Below, piece by piece: positions 8,722-17,278 of a stretch of 50,064 nt of DNA. The stretch covers positions 1 to 50,064 of IMG/VR virus record IMGVR_UViG_3300032320_001659; one strand, written 5' to 3'. The first letter of the stretch is position 1. Each line of letters starts with the position of its first letter. The translations under genes were made by a program, and so were the position numbers. Source of the stretch: a virus. Its lineage: Duplodnaviria; Caudoviricetes. The notes beneath the pieces were generated by a model. That model did no database searches and was not told where the DNA came from. It saw only the letters and a list, made by a program, of their open reading frames with translations.

Positions 8722-10503
8722 TTAAAGAGTTCCAGCAATTTCGTTAAAACTAACTCCAGTTCTAACTGCTACGAAATTTAACTGAATAAAATTAATTGAA
8801 CGGGCTGGCTTAACGTAAATATCACCAATAAAACTGTTTGAATCTATAACTTGAGGTGTATTATTTGTTTCATCACAAACAACTCTAAAGTCATAAATTC
8901 CTCTTCTGCCTTGAATATCACGTAAAAATGGTGATACTAAAGCCACAAATTGCGAACGGGTGAATTCATCATTAAATTCAAATAACGAGTATTTGGATGC
9001 TTCTGCAATTGTTTTTTCTAAAACAATAAAAAGTCTGCGAACATTAATTCTATCAAATGCTGATGGTTTTACAGTAAATGTTTTATCTCCATAAAGAACA
9101 GTACCTTGTCCTGGAAATGTTACAACAGGATTAACACCTAAAGGATAAATTGAATCTCTTTCCGCTTTTCCTGGATTCCATGCTAATTTAATACAATTTT
9201 TTATGTTACCTCTATTGAAACCTGCGGGTGAGTACCATGGATCCGCTTGTGTATCTGTATAAACACACAGGCCTGCAATGTCACCATTTAAAGGAATCCA
9301 ACGATATGTGTTGTTATATTTGTCAAACATGTATTTCCATCCTGAATCTGCAACCACATAGTTTGATGGACTCGATAGGGATGCATATACACTATTTGAC
9401 CAATCGCGGATATTTGTTACAGCAGTTGCGGTAGTTTTATTAATAACATTTGAAGAAGGTGGTGAAATAAATGCAATACAATCTTTTCTTTCTATTGCAA
9501 TATTTCCAACATATGCTTGTAATGTTGCATTAGCATCTCCTGTTAAAATTAGAGATACAGTAACTTCATCAGGATTTTTAAATAAATCGTAAGAAGATTG
9601 AAGATCTCCATTTGTTGGTTGAGCATCTGTACCAACACCAAGTTGTATATTTACAAAACTATTAGCAGTATTTGTTCCTGTATATAATTGAGTAAAATTT
9701 ATACCATTTGATAATGCCGTTCCCCATTTTTTTGTAGAAAGTGAGGCATTTGCTGTATTAGCATAATCTGGTGAATCCATCGCATAGATATAATTTGAAT
9801 TGTTAAAAATGTATTTTTTATAGTAATTTGAATTTCCTAATGTATCTTTTGCATCACTTGCTTTTGAGAGATATGGAAACACTTCAAGAACTTGATTTTT
9901 AACACCAGTAAATAAGCCTTGACCATCTAAAACAATAACGTGAATTTCGTCGTTTGCTGCGCCAGCAAGACTTGCTTGTGTTGATGTTCCTGGATTTCCA
10001 GGAAAATAAGAACTAACACTCACACCATTAACTGTCCAAGATGCTACATTAGTTGTGTTAGAAGTACCATTAGCGGAATCTAGAACACCAATAACTAATG
10101 AACTTCCTAATGCTCCAGGATAACGTGCAACAAATGGACCAGCAACGTTTGCGTTGTCTCCATTTAAATAACTATATTCGTAATTATCTTCGTTTTTTAT
10201 TTGAATTGTGGAAGATGTATTTGCATCGGCATTATATGAAGCTGCTCCAACAGAACGAACAATTTGTAAATTGTTACCGTATGCCAAGAAACTTGCTGCT
10301 GTGTAGTATGAAATGTATGTGTTTGCATCAGGCTTTGTAAAAATCTGATACATATTTGATTCTGATGATACTAGAATTCTTTTATCGACTGGACCCCAAT
10401 TAAATGATCCTGCGAATGCACCGGCAGTAGTAAGTACTGAAGGAATGACCGTCGTCAAATCAACTTCCGAAACATTTACTCCTGGAGATATTGAAAATGC
10501 CAT
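8722..10503 (-). CDS. gp18: Tail sheath protein gp18
   Basis: SPGVNVSEVDLT, PWYSPAGFNRG, FDRINVRRLF and KPARSINFIQLNF motifs. Confidence 0.98.
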   Translation of the reverse strand: MAFSISPGVNVSEVDLTTVIPSVLTTAGAFAGSFNWGPVDKRILVSSESNMYQIFTKPDANTYISYYTAASFLAYGNNLQIVRSVGAASYNADANTSSTIQIKNEDNYEYSYLNGDNANVAGPFVARYPGALGSSLVIGVLDSANGTSNTTNVASWTVNGVSVSSYFPGNPGTSTQASLAGAANDEIHVIVLDGQGLFTGVKNQVLEVFPYLSKASDAKDTLGNSNYYKKYIFNNSNYIYAMDSPDYANTANASLSTKKWGTALSNGINFTQLYTGTNTANSFVNIQLGVGTDAQPTNGDLQSSYDLFKNPDEVTVSLILTGDANATLQAYVGNIAIERKDCIAFISPPSSNVINKTTATAVTNIRDWSNSVYASLSSPSNYVVADSGWKYMFDKYNNTYRWIPLNGDIAGLCVYTDTQADPWYSPAGFNRGNIKNCIKLAWNPGKAERDSIYPLGVNPVVTFPGQGTVLYGDKTFTVKPSAFDRINVRRLFIVLEKTIAEASKYSLFEFNDEFTRSQFVALVSPFLRDIQGRRGIYDFRVVCDETNNTPQVIDSNSFIGDIYVKPARSINFIQLNFVAVRTGVSFNEIAGTL

Positions 10504-10563
10504 TTTTGTCTCCTTAAATTATTTTTATATTTATTTTTGTAAATAATCATTTATTCATAATCT

Positions 10564-10571
10564 TATTTATC
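10564..10571 (-). promoter_or_regulatory. Late promoter variant GATAAATA upstream of gp18
   Basis: NATAAATA core; another AATAAATA lies at 10528-10535. Confidence 0.5.
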
Positions 10572-10582
10572 GATAATCATAT

Positions 10583-11782
10583 TTACATGTTTTTCAGAGT
10601 ATCTCTGATAAAATTCATATAAGGTGCAGAACTATCTACATTTTCCCATACATCTCCGTCAAATATATCAAAAGAATTTTCTAATCCTGTTTCTATTATT
10701 GGTTCAGGTAACATCTCATCATCTACTTGATTCATATTTTCTAGTTGAATTTGTTTTCGAATATCGTGATTTACAATTTCTCTAAAGTATTTTTGTGTTG
10801 TTGCCCAAGCGAAAATAACTAAAGTCATTACAATATCATCATTTGCATCTTCTTCTGCTGCAAAAGAAGTTTTATTTGCAACGAATGTTGTTAACTCTGA
10901 AATGGTATCAAAGTCTTGTACTATTAATTTATTACCTTCAATTAAAGTTTTCAGATTTGAACAACCGATTCTTTTAACAGCAGGTGACATTTTTACGCCC
11001 ATCTGAACACCACGACCGAAACCTGAACACAATTGTTGAGGTTTCTTATTACCTGTCATCACTTTAAATAGATTTTCATACTCTAAGTCTTGATGAATAA
11101 TATCTGCAACTTGAGGATTGTTATTGACTTCTATTAGTATATAAGCATCATTGTAATATTTTGCTGCATTGTAAATTACAGTTGGAAATAATATTGGTGA
11201 TATCGATGAACTATGATAAACTGCAACTTGTCTGTATGGTGTTGTTGATATATCGATAACAGAAAATGCTGATGAGTCCATATTTCTACCCTCAGAAACA
11301 TCTACACAAACTAAGTATAAATGTTCTTTAGTTTTATCATCATCGCCTTTAACTGGTTTTTCATAAACAGTCATTTTGTCATGGTCTGCAATTGGTTGTG
11401 CATATACCAATTGTTGAAGTTTTGTACCAGAAATTAATGTATTTGTTGAACCTAGGAACTCGGTATTGTGTGATACAATATCATTCGAAAAGTATGTTGA
11501 GTGCTTGTTTACTCCTACAGGATCAAAAACTTCAAATTTGCCTAAAATATAACTAATATTTTTTATTATTTTATTTGATAATGTATTTTCTTTCGTTATA
11601 TCTTTTGCTTTTTTGAAACCCTGGTTTGTTAGAAATGCATGATTGCCCGAGCATTTAATGAAACTATCATCATCAAATGTAAACGTATACAGAGAGTCTA
11701 CTATTTTCTTTTGTACACCCTTAAATTCTTCATAACCAGTTGGTGTATTAATTAAAAATCTGTTATTATTTTTTTTAAACAT
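10583..11782 (-). CDS. gp17: Terminase large subunit gp17, C-terminal (nuclease) fragment fused to a 106-aa C-intein
   Basis: aa 1-106 end in VSHN and are followed by TEFLGSTNTLISG; RNase H-like acidic motifs VDVSEG, IEVNN and NDDIVM. Confidence 0.93.
   Translation of the reverse strand: MFKKNNNRFLINTPTGYEEFKGVQKKIVDSLYTFTFDDDSFIKCSGNHAFLTNQGFKKAKDITKENTLSNKIIKNISYILGKFEVFDPVGVNKHSTYFSNDIVSHNTEFLGSTNTLISGTKLQQLVYAQPIADHDKMTVYEKPVKGDDDKTKEHLYLVCVDVSEGRNMDSSAFSVIDISTTPYRQVAVYHSSSISPILFPTVIYNAAKYYNDAYILIEVNNNPQVADIIHQDLEYENLFKVMTGNKKPQQLCSGFGRGVQMGVKMSPAVKRIGCSNLKTLIEGNKLIVQDFDTISELTTFVANKTSFAAEEDANDDIVMTLVIFAWATTQKYFREIVNHDIRKQIQLENMNQVDDEMLPEPIIETGLENSFDIFDGDVWENVDSSAPYMNFIRDTLKNM
11465..11782 (-). 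mobile_element. C-terminal half of atypically split intein (IntC, 106 aa)
   Basis: MFK start, TPTGY, block B CSGNH, block F VFD and terminal His-Asn (CAC AAT) followed by Thr (ACC). Confidence 0.92.
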
Positions 11783-12350
11783 ATTTTTTTAAAATCCTGA
11801 TTATATTTTGTTCTGTAACGTTATATAAACATGCATATTCTTTACAAAAAGCTCTATCATAAGTTAAAATTTTACCGTTTCGCATAACTTTGCCTATATT
11901 GAGATTATTAATAATTTTTTTATTTTTGAAATCTTGTACTATTTTTTCAATATCGCAATCTTTAATCTTAGCAGTTTTTTTGGATGCTTCTGCCATTCTT
12001 TGTCTGCCTTCGTCTGTAAGATTTAATTTATATCCTTTAACACCTTTGTTCCACGGTACCGTACCTTTTTTTACTCCTCCAATACCAGGTCTTTTAACTC
12101 CTTTTTGTATCATTGACAAATGTTCCGGAGATAAAGACATTCTTTTAGCAATCATTACACATGCACCATAATCATTATTATTGTAGTGGATATTGTAATG
12201 TTCTTCTATGGATACACATTTTAAATTTTCCAAATTATTATTTTCTCTATTGCCATCTATATGATGTATTTCATATGATCTACCGTTTTCATCTTTTGGT
12301 ATTTTTCCATACGCTTTTTCCCAAATTTTTCTATATGAATACGATGACAT
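11775..12350 (-). CDS. Free-standing HNH homing endonuclease between the split terL halves
   Basis: YEIHHIDGNRENNNLENLKCVSIEEHYNIH and a NUMOD3-like KGTVPWNKG; stop overlaps the IntC start by 8 nt. Confidence 0.92.
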   Translation of the reverse strand: MSSYSYRKIWEKAYGKIPKDENGRSYEIHHIDGNRENNNLENLKCVSIEEHYNIHYNNNDYGACVMIAKRMSLSPEHLSMIQKGVKRPGIGGVKKGTVPWNKGVKGYKLNLTDEGRQRMAEASKKTAKIKDCDIEKIVQDFKNKKIINNLNIGKVMRNGKILTYDRAFCKEYACLYNVTEQNIIRILKKYV

Positions 12351-12371
12351 ACTTTTCTCCAGTTTTTATTA

Positions 12372-12379
12372 TATTTATA
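12372..12379 (-). promoter_or_regulatory. T4-type late promoter TATAAATA inside the fractured terL locus
   Basis: Exact consensus in the 47-nt gap after the terL-N stop, followed by a GGAG RBS and the HNH ATG. Confidence 0.8.
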
Positions 12380-12397
12380 AAACCAAAGAATTACGTT

Positions 12398-13288
12398 TCA
12401 AACTAAAAAATCATAAAAGTCAACAATACGTATTTTACTATATTCTTTAGTTTCTTTATCATAAATTTCAATTAAAGTATCGCCGTCAACACATTCAAAC
12501 TCTTGCCTAAACTGATGTTCTGATGTATTCTTAATCGTTTCTTCTTTCCACGTTTCATCTCGACCTGGTACCATTGACCAATGAATTTCAAATGGTACAT
12601 AATTATTTCTTTTATTGAGTGCATCTGTCCATATTTTATAAAACAGATTCATACCGTTTGGCGTAGAAACAATAATAATCTTTGTTTTTGTACCCGCAGT
12701 AATAACAGGATAAACTGATGTAAAGAAATCGTTTGCAATATTTGCAGGAACGAACGCAAATTCATCAAGAAAAACAATGTTAAATGAACCTGATCGCGCT
12801 GCTGAAGATGAAGTTGAAGATGCAGTTATTTTCGAACCATTTTCAAGTTCAACATAACTTTTATTCCAAGTAATAACACCTTGCTGTAGCCAAATAGGTA
12901 AGTTTTCATATGCAAGTTGATATTTGCTTAAAATATCTCTGGCTGTTTGCCCTCTATTAGCAAGAATTGCAATATTTTGTGAATCTTGAAATAGTGATAC
13001 CCAAAGTAAATATGCTACTGTTGTTGTGGTTTTACCTACCTGACGAGGACATTTTGTAATGACAAATCTATTATTATGAAAAGTCTTTATCATTTCTTCT
13101 TGGAAATCATAAAGACTAAATGGAACAAGACCGTCATCAAGTGTAATAATTTTTATATATTTTGCAAAGTAAATTGGATCTTTAGAACATTTAATGTATT
13201 CTTGAATTTGTTCTTCCGTGTACTGAATATCAACGCCTACTCTTTTTAGTAGAGGCGAATCACGATAAGTTGTTTTGTTATTTGTCAT
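12398..13288 (-). CDS. gp17: Terminase large subunit gp17, N-terminal (ATPase) fragment fused to a 31-aa N-intein
   Basis: Walker A CPRQVGKTT, Walker B IVFLDEFAF and VSTPNG; ends QEFE|CVDGDTLIEI...FLV stop. Confidence 0.95.
   Translation of the reverse strand: MTNNKTTYRDSPLLKRVGVDIQYTEEQIQEYIKCSKDPIYFAKYIKIITLDDGLVPFSLYDFQEEMIKTFHNNRFVITKCPRQVGKTTTTVAYLLWVSLFQDSQNIAILANRGQTARDILSKYQLAYENLPIWLQQGVITWNKSYVELENGSKITASSTSSSAARSGSFNIVFLDEFAFVPANIANDFFTSVYPVITAGTKTKIIIVSTPNGMNLFYKIWTDALNKRNNYVPFEIHWSMVPGRDETWKEETIKNTSEHQFRQEFECVDGDTLIEIYDKETKEYSKIRIVDFYDFLV
12401..12493 (-). mobile_element. N-terminal half of atypically split intein (IntN, 31 aa)
   Basis: Block A CVDGDTLIEI beginning with Cys1 (TGT), then KIRIVDFY and stop. 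Confidence 0.92.
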
Positions 13289-13826
13289 TTTTATATTTTT
13301 TGTTCCAATTCATAAAATTTGATAAAGACATTTCTTTTTTATCCTCTAATCTACATACTACTTTGGGTTTTGGTTTTCTTAATTTTTCTTTTTGTTCTTC
13401 TGTTTTTGGTTTTCTTAAATTGTTTTTCAATTGCTCTGCTTTTTCTTTACCGTATATATCTTCAAACGTTCTTCCTATAAGAGCATCTCTTTTCTTTTTA
13501 CATGTTTCTTTAGAATGTTTTTTTCCATAATGCGGAGATAGTTCTCCTTTCTTACCATACATTGGATTTATATTACCTCTTGTATGGTGAAAAAAATTAT
13601 TTGCTCCTCTATTAGATAAAGATTGTGCTAGTTTTGTAGCTTCTGCACAAGATATTTGCTTGCTTAATGATTTCCAAGCAACACAATCTTGCCATCTACC
13701 ATATTTTTCATATAAAATTCGATGTGCTTCTGCGTGTTCTTCTATTGTTAATTCTATTATATTTGAAAGATCGTCTGTTCCTCCGGCATGTTTTGGAACT
13801 ATGTGATGTTTGTGATAAATAGTCAT
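13278..13826 (-). CDS. Free-standing HNH endonuclease with NUMOD3 repeats between gp16 and gp17
   Basis: YHKHHIVPKHAGGTDDLSNIIELTIEEHAEAH and NPMYGKK/HYGKKHSKET; overlaps the terL start by 11 nt. Confidence 0.9.
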   Translation of the reverse strand: MTIYHKHHIVPKHAGGTDDLSNIIELTIEEHAEAHRILYEKYGRWQDCVAWKSLSKQISCAEATKLAQSLSNRGANNFFHHTRGNINPMYGKKGELSPHYGKKHSKETCKKKRDALIGRTFEDIYGKEKAEQLKNNLRKPKTEEQKEKLRKPKPKVVCRLEDKKEMSLSNFMNWNKKYKNDK

Positions 13827-13892
13827 GCTGATGCTCCTCGAAAGCGTTAGAGTAGACAGGATTCCCCAATCCGTGGTCTACACTTATTTATT
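13827..13892 (-). promoter_or_regulatory. Late promoter (AATAAATA) plus structured 5' leader of HNH gene
   Basis: GTAGAC-CAC-GGATT-GGGG-AATCC-T-GTCTAC hairpin, then a GCTTT-CGA-GGAGC hairpin covering the AGGAG RBS. Confidence 0.6.
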
Positions 13893-13897
13893 CTTTA

Positions 13898-14321
13898 TTA
13901 CTCATTATTACCTTTCAAAAACTTACTTAATTCTGCTGTAGAACCTACGAATATAGCCTTATCAATATTAGTATTGTTTGTTTCTTTTTTATTATTCATA
14001 TCTCGCATTTGTTTTTGCATTGCCAATAATTCTTTATTTGCATCAACAACATTCTTTAGTATACCACCAAAGACTTCAAATGCACGAGGATGCTGAGACT
14101 GCTTTGCAATCTCTAGAATTTCTTCCATTGCTTCTTTACCTTGATCTATAATATCTTGTAGATTTTCTTTTGATTGTTGATAAGCATCATTTAAATCTTC
14201 ATCGATACTTACAGGTACAATAGCTTTACTAGAAGATACTTCTGCTACAGTGTAACTTTTTTTTTTCATCAATAGGTTTCACATCAAAGATGTCTTCCAT
14301 GTTTTTTTCGAATGTGCTCAT
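13898..14321 (-). CDS. gp16: Terminase small subunit gp16, with apparent frameshift at an A10 run
   Basis: HPRAFEV and IFVGSTAELSKFLK motifs. The likely true start at 14321 (GGAG RBS, ATGA overlap; MSTFEKNMEDIFDVKP) is out of frame with the body unless A10 at 14257-14266 is A9. Confidence 0.85.
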
Positions 14322-15238
14322 ATTACTCCATTGCCATAAATCATCCATGTGTTTGCTTCAACTTGAATGATTGATGCTACACCATATGTTATTACGTTTC
14401 GTGAAGCTGATGTTGTATTACCAGCAAGATATAATGATACACCAACATTTGGAGTAACAGTCACATTTGCACTTGAAGTTGTTCTAGAAACAATCATAAT
14501 AGTTGTTCCATTTGCAAACGATGCATTTGAAGACCAAGGAATATACAAATTAACATTTGCCGATTGTGTATAATATAAATGTTTTCCTGCATCTGTCGAA
14601 ATTAAAGTATAGTCTGTGTTTTGTGCATTTTGTGGAACAATCTGCGCTGCTGTATTAGCTTTATCGAATGCTGCTTGTGCAATAATATTTACAGAGTTTG
14701 CTTTATTAAAAGCAGGAGTAACATTCGCAGCAGTTTTTTGAATTGTATTATCAGGAAATGTTATTGTTCCATCTGTATTAAAATTCCATATTTCTGCGCC
14801 CCCAACTCCAGTATTTGCTATTAATTGTACAAATGTGTTTGCATATATTTGTGCGGCACCATAACCGTAGGCAGTAAAACCAGTCCAATCACCAATAACA
14901 TTTGATGTCATTGTTATTTCATTTTGACCAACATTTCCTAATATTGCACCACCACGACTAAAGTTTAAATTTCCGGTCATTGTGTCGCCGGACTTACTTA
15001 CTTTTGTATTTGACGCATCGTATGATTGCTGTGCTAGAATATTTGCTGAATTGGCTTTATTAAATCCTGCTTGTGCCAAAATATTAGTTGCATTACTTGA
15101 GTTGTGACCTCCCACCTTAATACCATCATGAATCGTCAAAATATTATTTGTTGTGTCAATTATTAATTCACCAGCAGCACCTCTAGTATTTGCAACGACT
15201 GTACTCGCATATCTTTTTAATTGTAATGTTCTAGACAT
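14318..15238 (-). CDS. Fibre/adhesin-like virion protein with Mtd_N-like N-terminus
   Basis: TLQLKR...GAAGELIIDT...IHDG..GGH resembles the major tropism determinant N-terminal domain; AQAAFDKAN coiled-coil repeats; C-terminal beta domain ending WMIYGNGV. Confidence 0.6.
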   Translation of the reverse strand: MSRTLQLKRYASTVVANTRGAAGELIIDTTNNILTIHDGIKVGGHNSSNATNILAQAGFNKANSANILAQQSYDASNTKVSKSGDTMTGNLNFSRGGAILGNVGQNEITMTSNVIGDWTGFTAYGYGAAQIYANTFVQLIANTGVGGAEIWNFNTDGTITFPDNTIQKTAANVTPAFNKANSVNIIAQAAFDKANTAAQIVPQNAQNTDYTLISTDAGKHLYYTQSANVNLYIPWSSNASFANGTTIMIVSRTTSSANVTVTPNVGVSLYLAGNTTSASRNVITYGVASIIQVEANTWMIYGNGVI

Positions 15239-15249
15239 TTTAATATCCT

Positions 15250-16104
15250 TTAGTTTAAATCCGTTACTTTTTCTGCTAGTTTAGATAAATCATCAATACC
15301 AACTTGTGTTAATGCATCACCGTCAAAATCTGGAGGAATATTTAAACCTTCAGTAATATCTGGATACTCCATAATTGTTGTTGTATATCCATATGTATCA
15401 TTTGCTGTAGCATCTGTTGGAGTAGGAGTACTATGTATTTTAACAAGTTTAGTACTATTGTCAAAATCGTAAATATTAACAATTGAATTTCTAATTAATC
15501 CAACAGGATTAGAAATCATACCATATAAGTATGCATGTGCAGTAAATTTTAATGTCCAAATAACGTATCTTGTATCTGAGTCTCTATTTCCTTCATATGT
15601 AACTTCATATTCTGTCGAATCTAAAATGATTGGAATTCCTTTTGTAATTCCCATTTCTGGAATTAAATCTATATTAATAGTATAATCTGGTGTAAAATAA
15701 GGTAAAATATGCTCAACGACTTGACTTCCATCTTCTATATTTCTAACATACAAATAAAGAGAAAATTCAAAATTATATGGAACAGGATTATATTGTGCTA
15801 TCGCTCCATTTTCCATAGGATAAAATTTTCTGACATTTGTATTTAATTTTCTTTTTGCATCGTATGAAATTCCATTTAGAACATATGAAAATCTTGGCAA
15901 AGTAATCTGAACTTTTTTATCTAAATCTGGATCACCCTGTAATCTAGCAACATATAATTCTTTTGTTCCATAATTAATTGGTACAACGAATCTTTCTTGT
16001 TCCGTTTCATCCAAATTATATCGAACTAAGGTGATATTATTAAACATATCACCAAAACCCAATACAATTTTTCTAATAATTCTATTGTATTGTACGTTTG
16101 ACAT
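15250..16104 (-). CDS. gp15: Tail sheath stabiliser / terminator gp15
   Basis: ITLPRFSY, PVPYNFEFSL and QVVEHILPYFTP motifs. Confidence 0.93.
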   Translation of the reverse strand: MSNVQYNRIIRKIVLGFGDMFNNITLVRYNLDETEQERFVVPINYGTKELYVARLQGDPDLDKKVQITLPRFSYVLNGISYDAKRKLNTNVRKFYPMENGAIAQYNPVPYNFEFSLYLYVRNIEDGSQVVEHILPYFTPDYTINIDLIPEMGITKGIPIILDSTEYEVTYEGNRDSDTRYVIWTLKFTAHAYLYGMISNPVGLIRNSIVNIYDFDNSTKLVKIHSTPTPTDATANDTYGYTTTIMEYPDITEGLNIPPDFDGDALTQVGIDDLSKLAEKVTDLN

Positions 16105-17276
16105 TATATTGTACCGAATGGATTAATAATAGTTTTGTCTACATATTTAGATGCAGATTCTTCTATGAATAAATTATCAAAGTTTTCATTTTTAGGTGAT
16201 GAACCTAATTCATTTATATTGTAGATGTAAAACTTAGAATTACTCGTTGCACCGTAAATATACGTATTGTTTGCAAATTCTCCTTTTATATTAACAAGAG
16301 ATATTTCTCCAGTTGTTGATGACCAACTGCTTACTGTACCGTAAGATGAAGAATTTGCATATGTACCGTCTTTTGATTGATATACAATTTCATCAATTGC
16401 AAATGAGCCATAACCATAATAAATTGGAACAGTTCTTGGTAAAATATCAAGTTGTATTATTGAGTATGTTCCCGAATCAGTACTATCTGTTTGTATTAAA
16501 TAATTGGTACCACCGAAAGTACTTACACTAACTACGTTCGCAGTTATTCCACTCGTATAACTTGTTGTTTTGAATATAAGAGGATCTCCAACTGATAATG
16601 CAGCCAATGTATTTGAAAAACTAGAATTATTAGGATCAATAATTATATCATAGTTGGTATACAACGCTGATGTCCAAACATTGCTGGTGTAAACTTTTTT
16701 AACATCTTTTATAACTCTCATTGTTAAATTGTACATAGATTCTGTTGACACTTGATCGATAATATCAACACCAGTCTCAATGAGTTCTTGTGAATACTTG
16801 AATTTCTCTAATTCTAATTCATAAAAATAAGGAACTTTTCTTCCTAACATGAAGAAATCTTTTGTTTGATTTGTAAATTTAATTTCATATAATTCACCTG
16901 TTCCATTTATAAAAGGTATATAAATTAAATCACCTTCTCTAGGTCTAGTGAAAGTATTTTGTGGAACTCTTTGTGAGAACGATCTTTTTGATAGAATTAC
17001 ATTTACATTATTTCTTATTTCTAATCCAAACTTAGAAAAGAATTCTTTCTCACCCATATACTCAGTTGAATTGGAAAGGTATAATTCTAATGGAAATGCA
17101 CTTCTAAATTTCTTTATGGGATCTTCACCAAATAACAAGTCTCTTGCTGTATCATTATCATTTGGAAGATAGAAGGCATCAAATCCCATTATTTTAATAG
17201 ATTCTACAATAATATCTTCTATTAATCTTTGCTCTGAGTGAGCACCATAGTTATTAAAATATTGACTGGTTGCCAT
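16104..17276 (-). CDS. gp14: Neck protein gp14
   Basis: LFGEDP, FFSKFGLEI and RPREGDLIYIP motifs; C-terminal NPFG. Confidence 0.92.
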   Translation of the reverse strand: MATSQYFNNYGAHSEQRLIEDIIVESIKIMGFDAFYLPNDNDTARDLLFGEDPIKKFRSAFPLELYLSNSTEYMGEKEFFSKFGLEIRNNVNVILSKRSFSQRVPQNTFTRPREGDLIYIPFINGTGELYEIKFTNQTKDFFMLGRKVPYFYELELEKFKYSQELIETGVDIIDQVSTESMYNLTMRVIKDVKKVYTSNVWTSALYTNYDIIIDPNNSSFSNTLAALSVGDPLIFKTTSYTSGITANVVSVSTFGGTNYLIQTDSTDSGTYSIIQLDILPRTVPIYYGYGSFAIDEIVYQSKDGTYANSSSYGTVSSWSSTTGEISLVNIKGEFANNTYIYGATSNSKFYIYNINELGSSPKNENFDNLFIEESASKYVDKTIINPFGTI

Positions 17277-17278
17277 AA

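Noticed and set aside
11783-12400. Group I intron as explanation for the interrupted terL
   Set aside because: Only 47 nt of AT-rich non-coding sequence is available and no P/Q/R/S core is visible; both fragments carry intein motifs and their own stop or start.
14318-15238. Diversity-generating retroelement suggested by the Mtd_N-like domain
   Set aside because: No reverse transcriptase and no TR/VR pair with adenine-specific mismatches were seen in this window; the domain alone is common in fibres.
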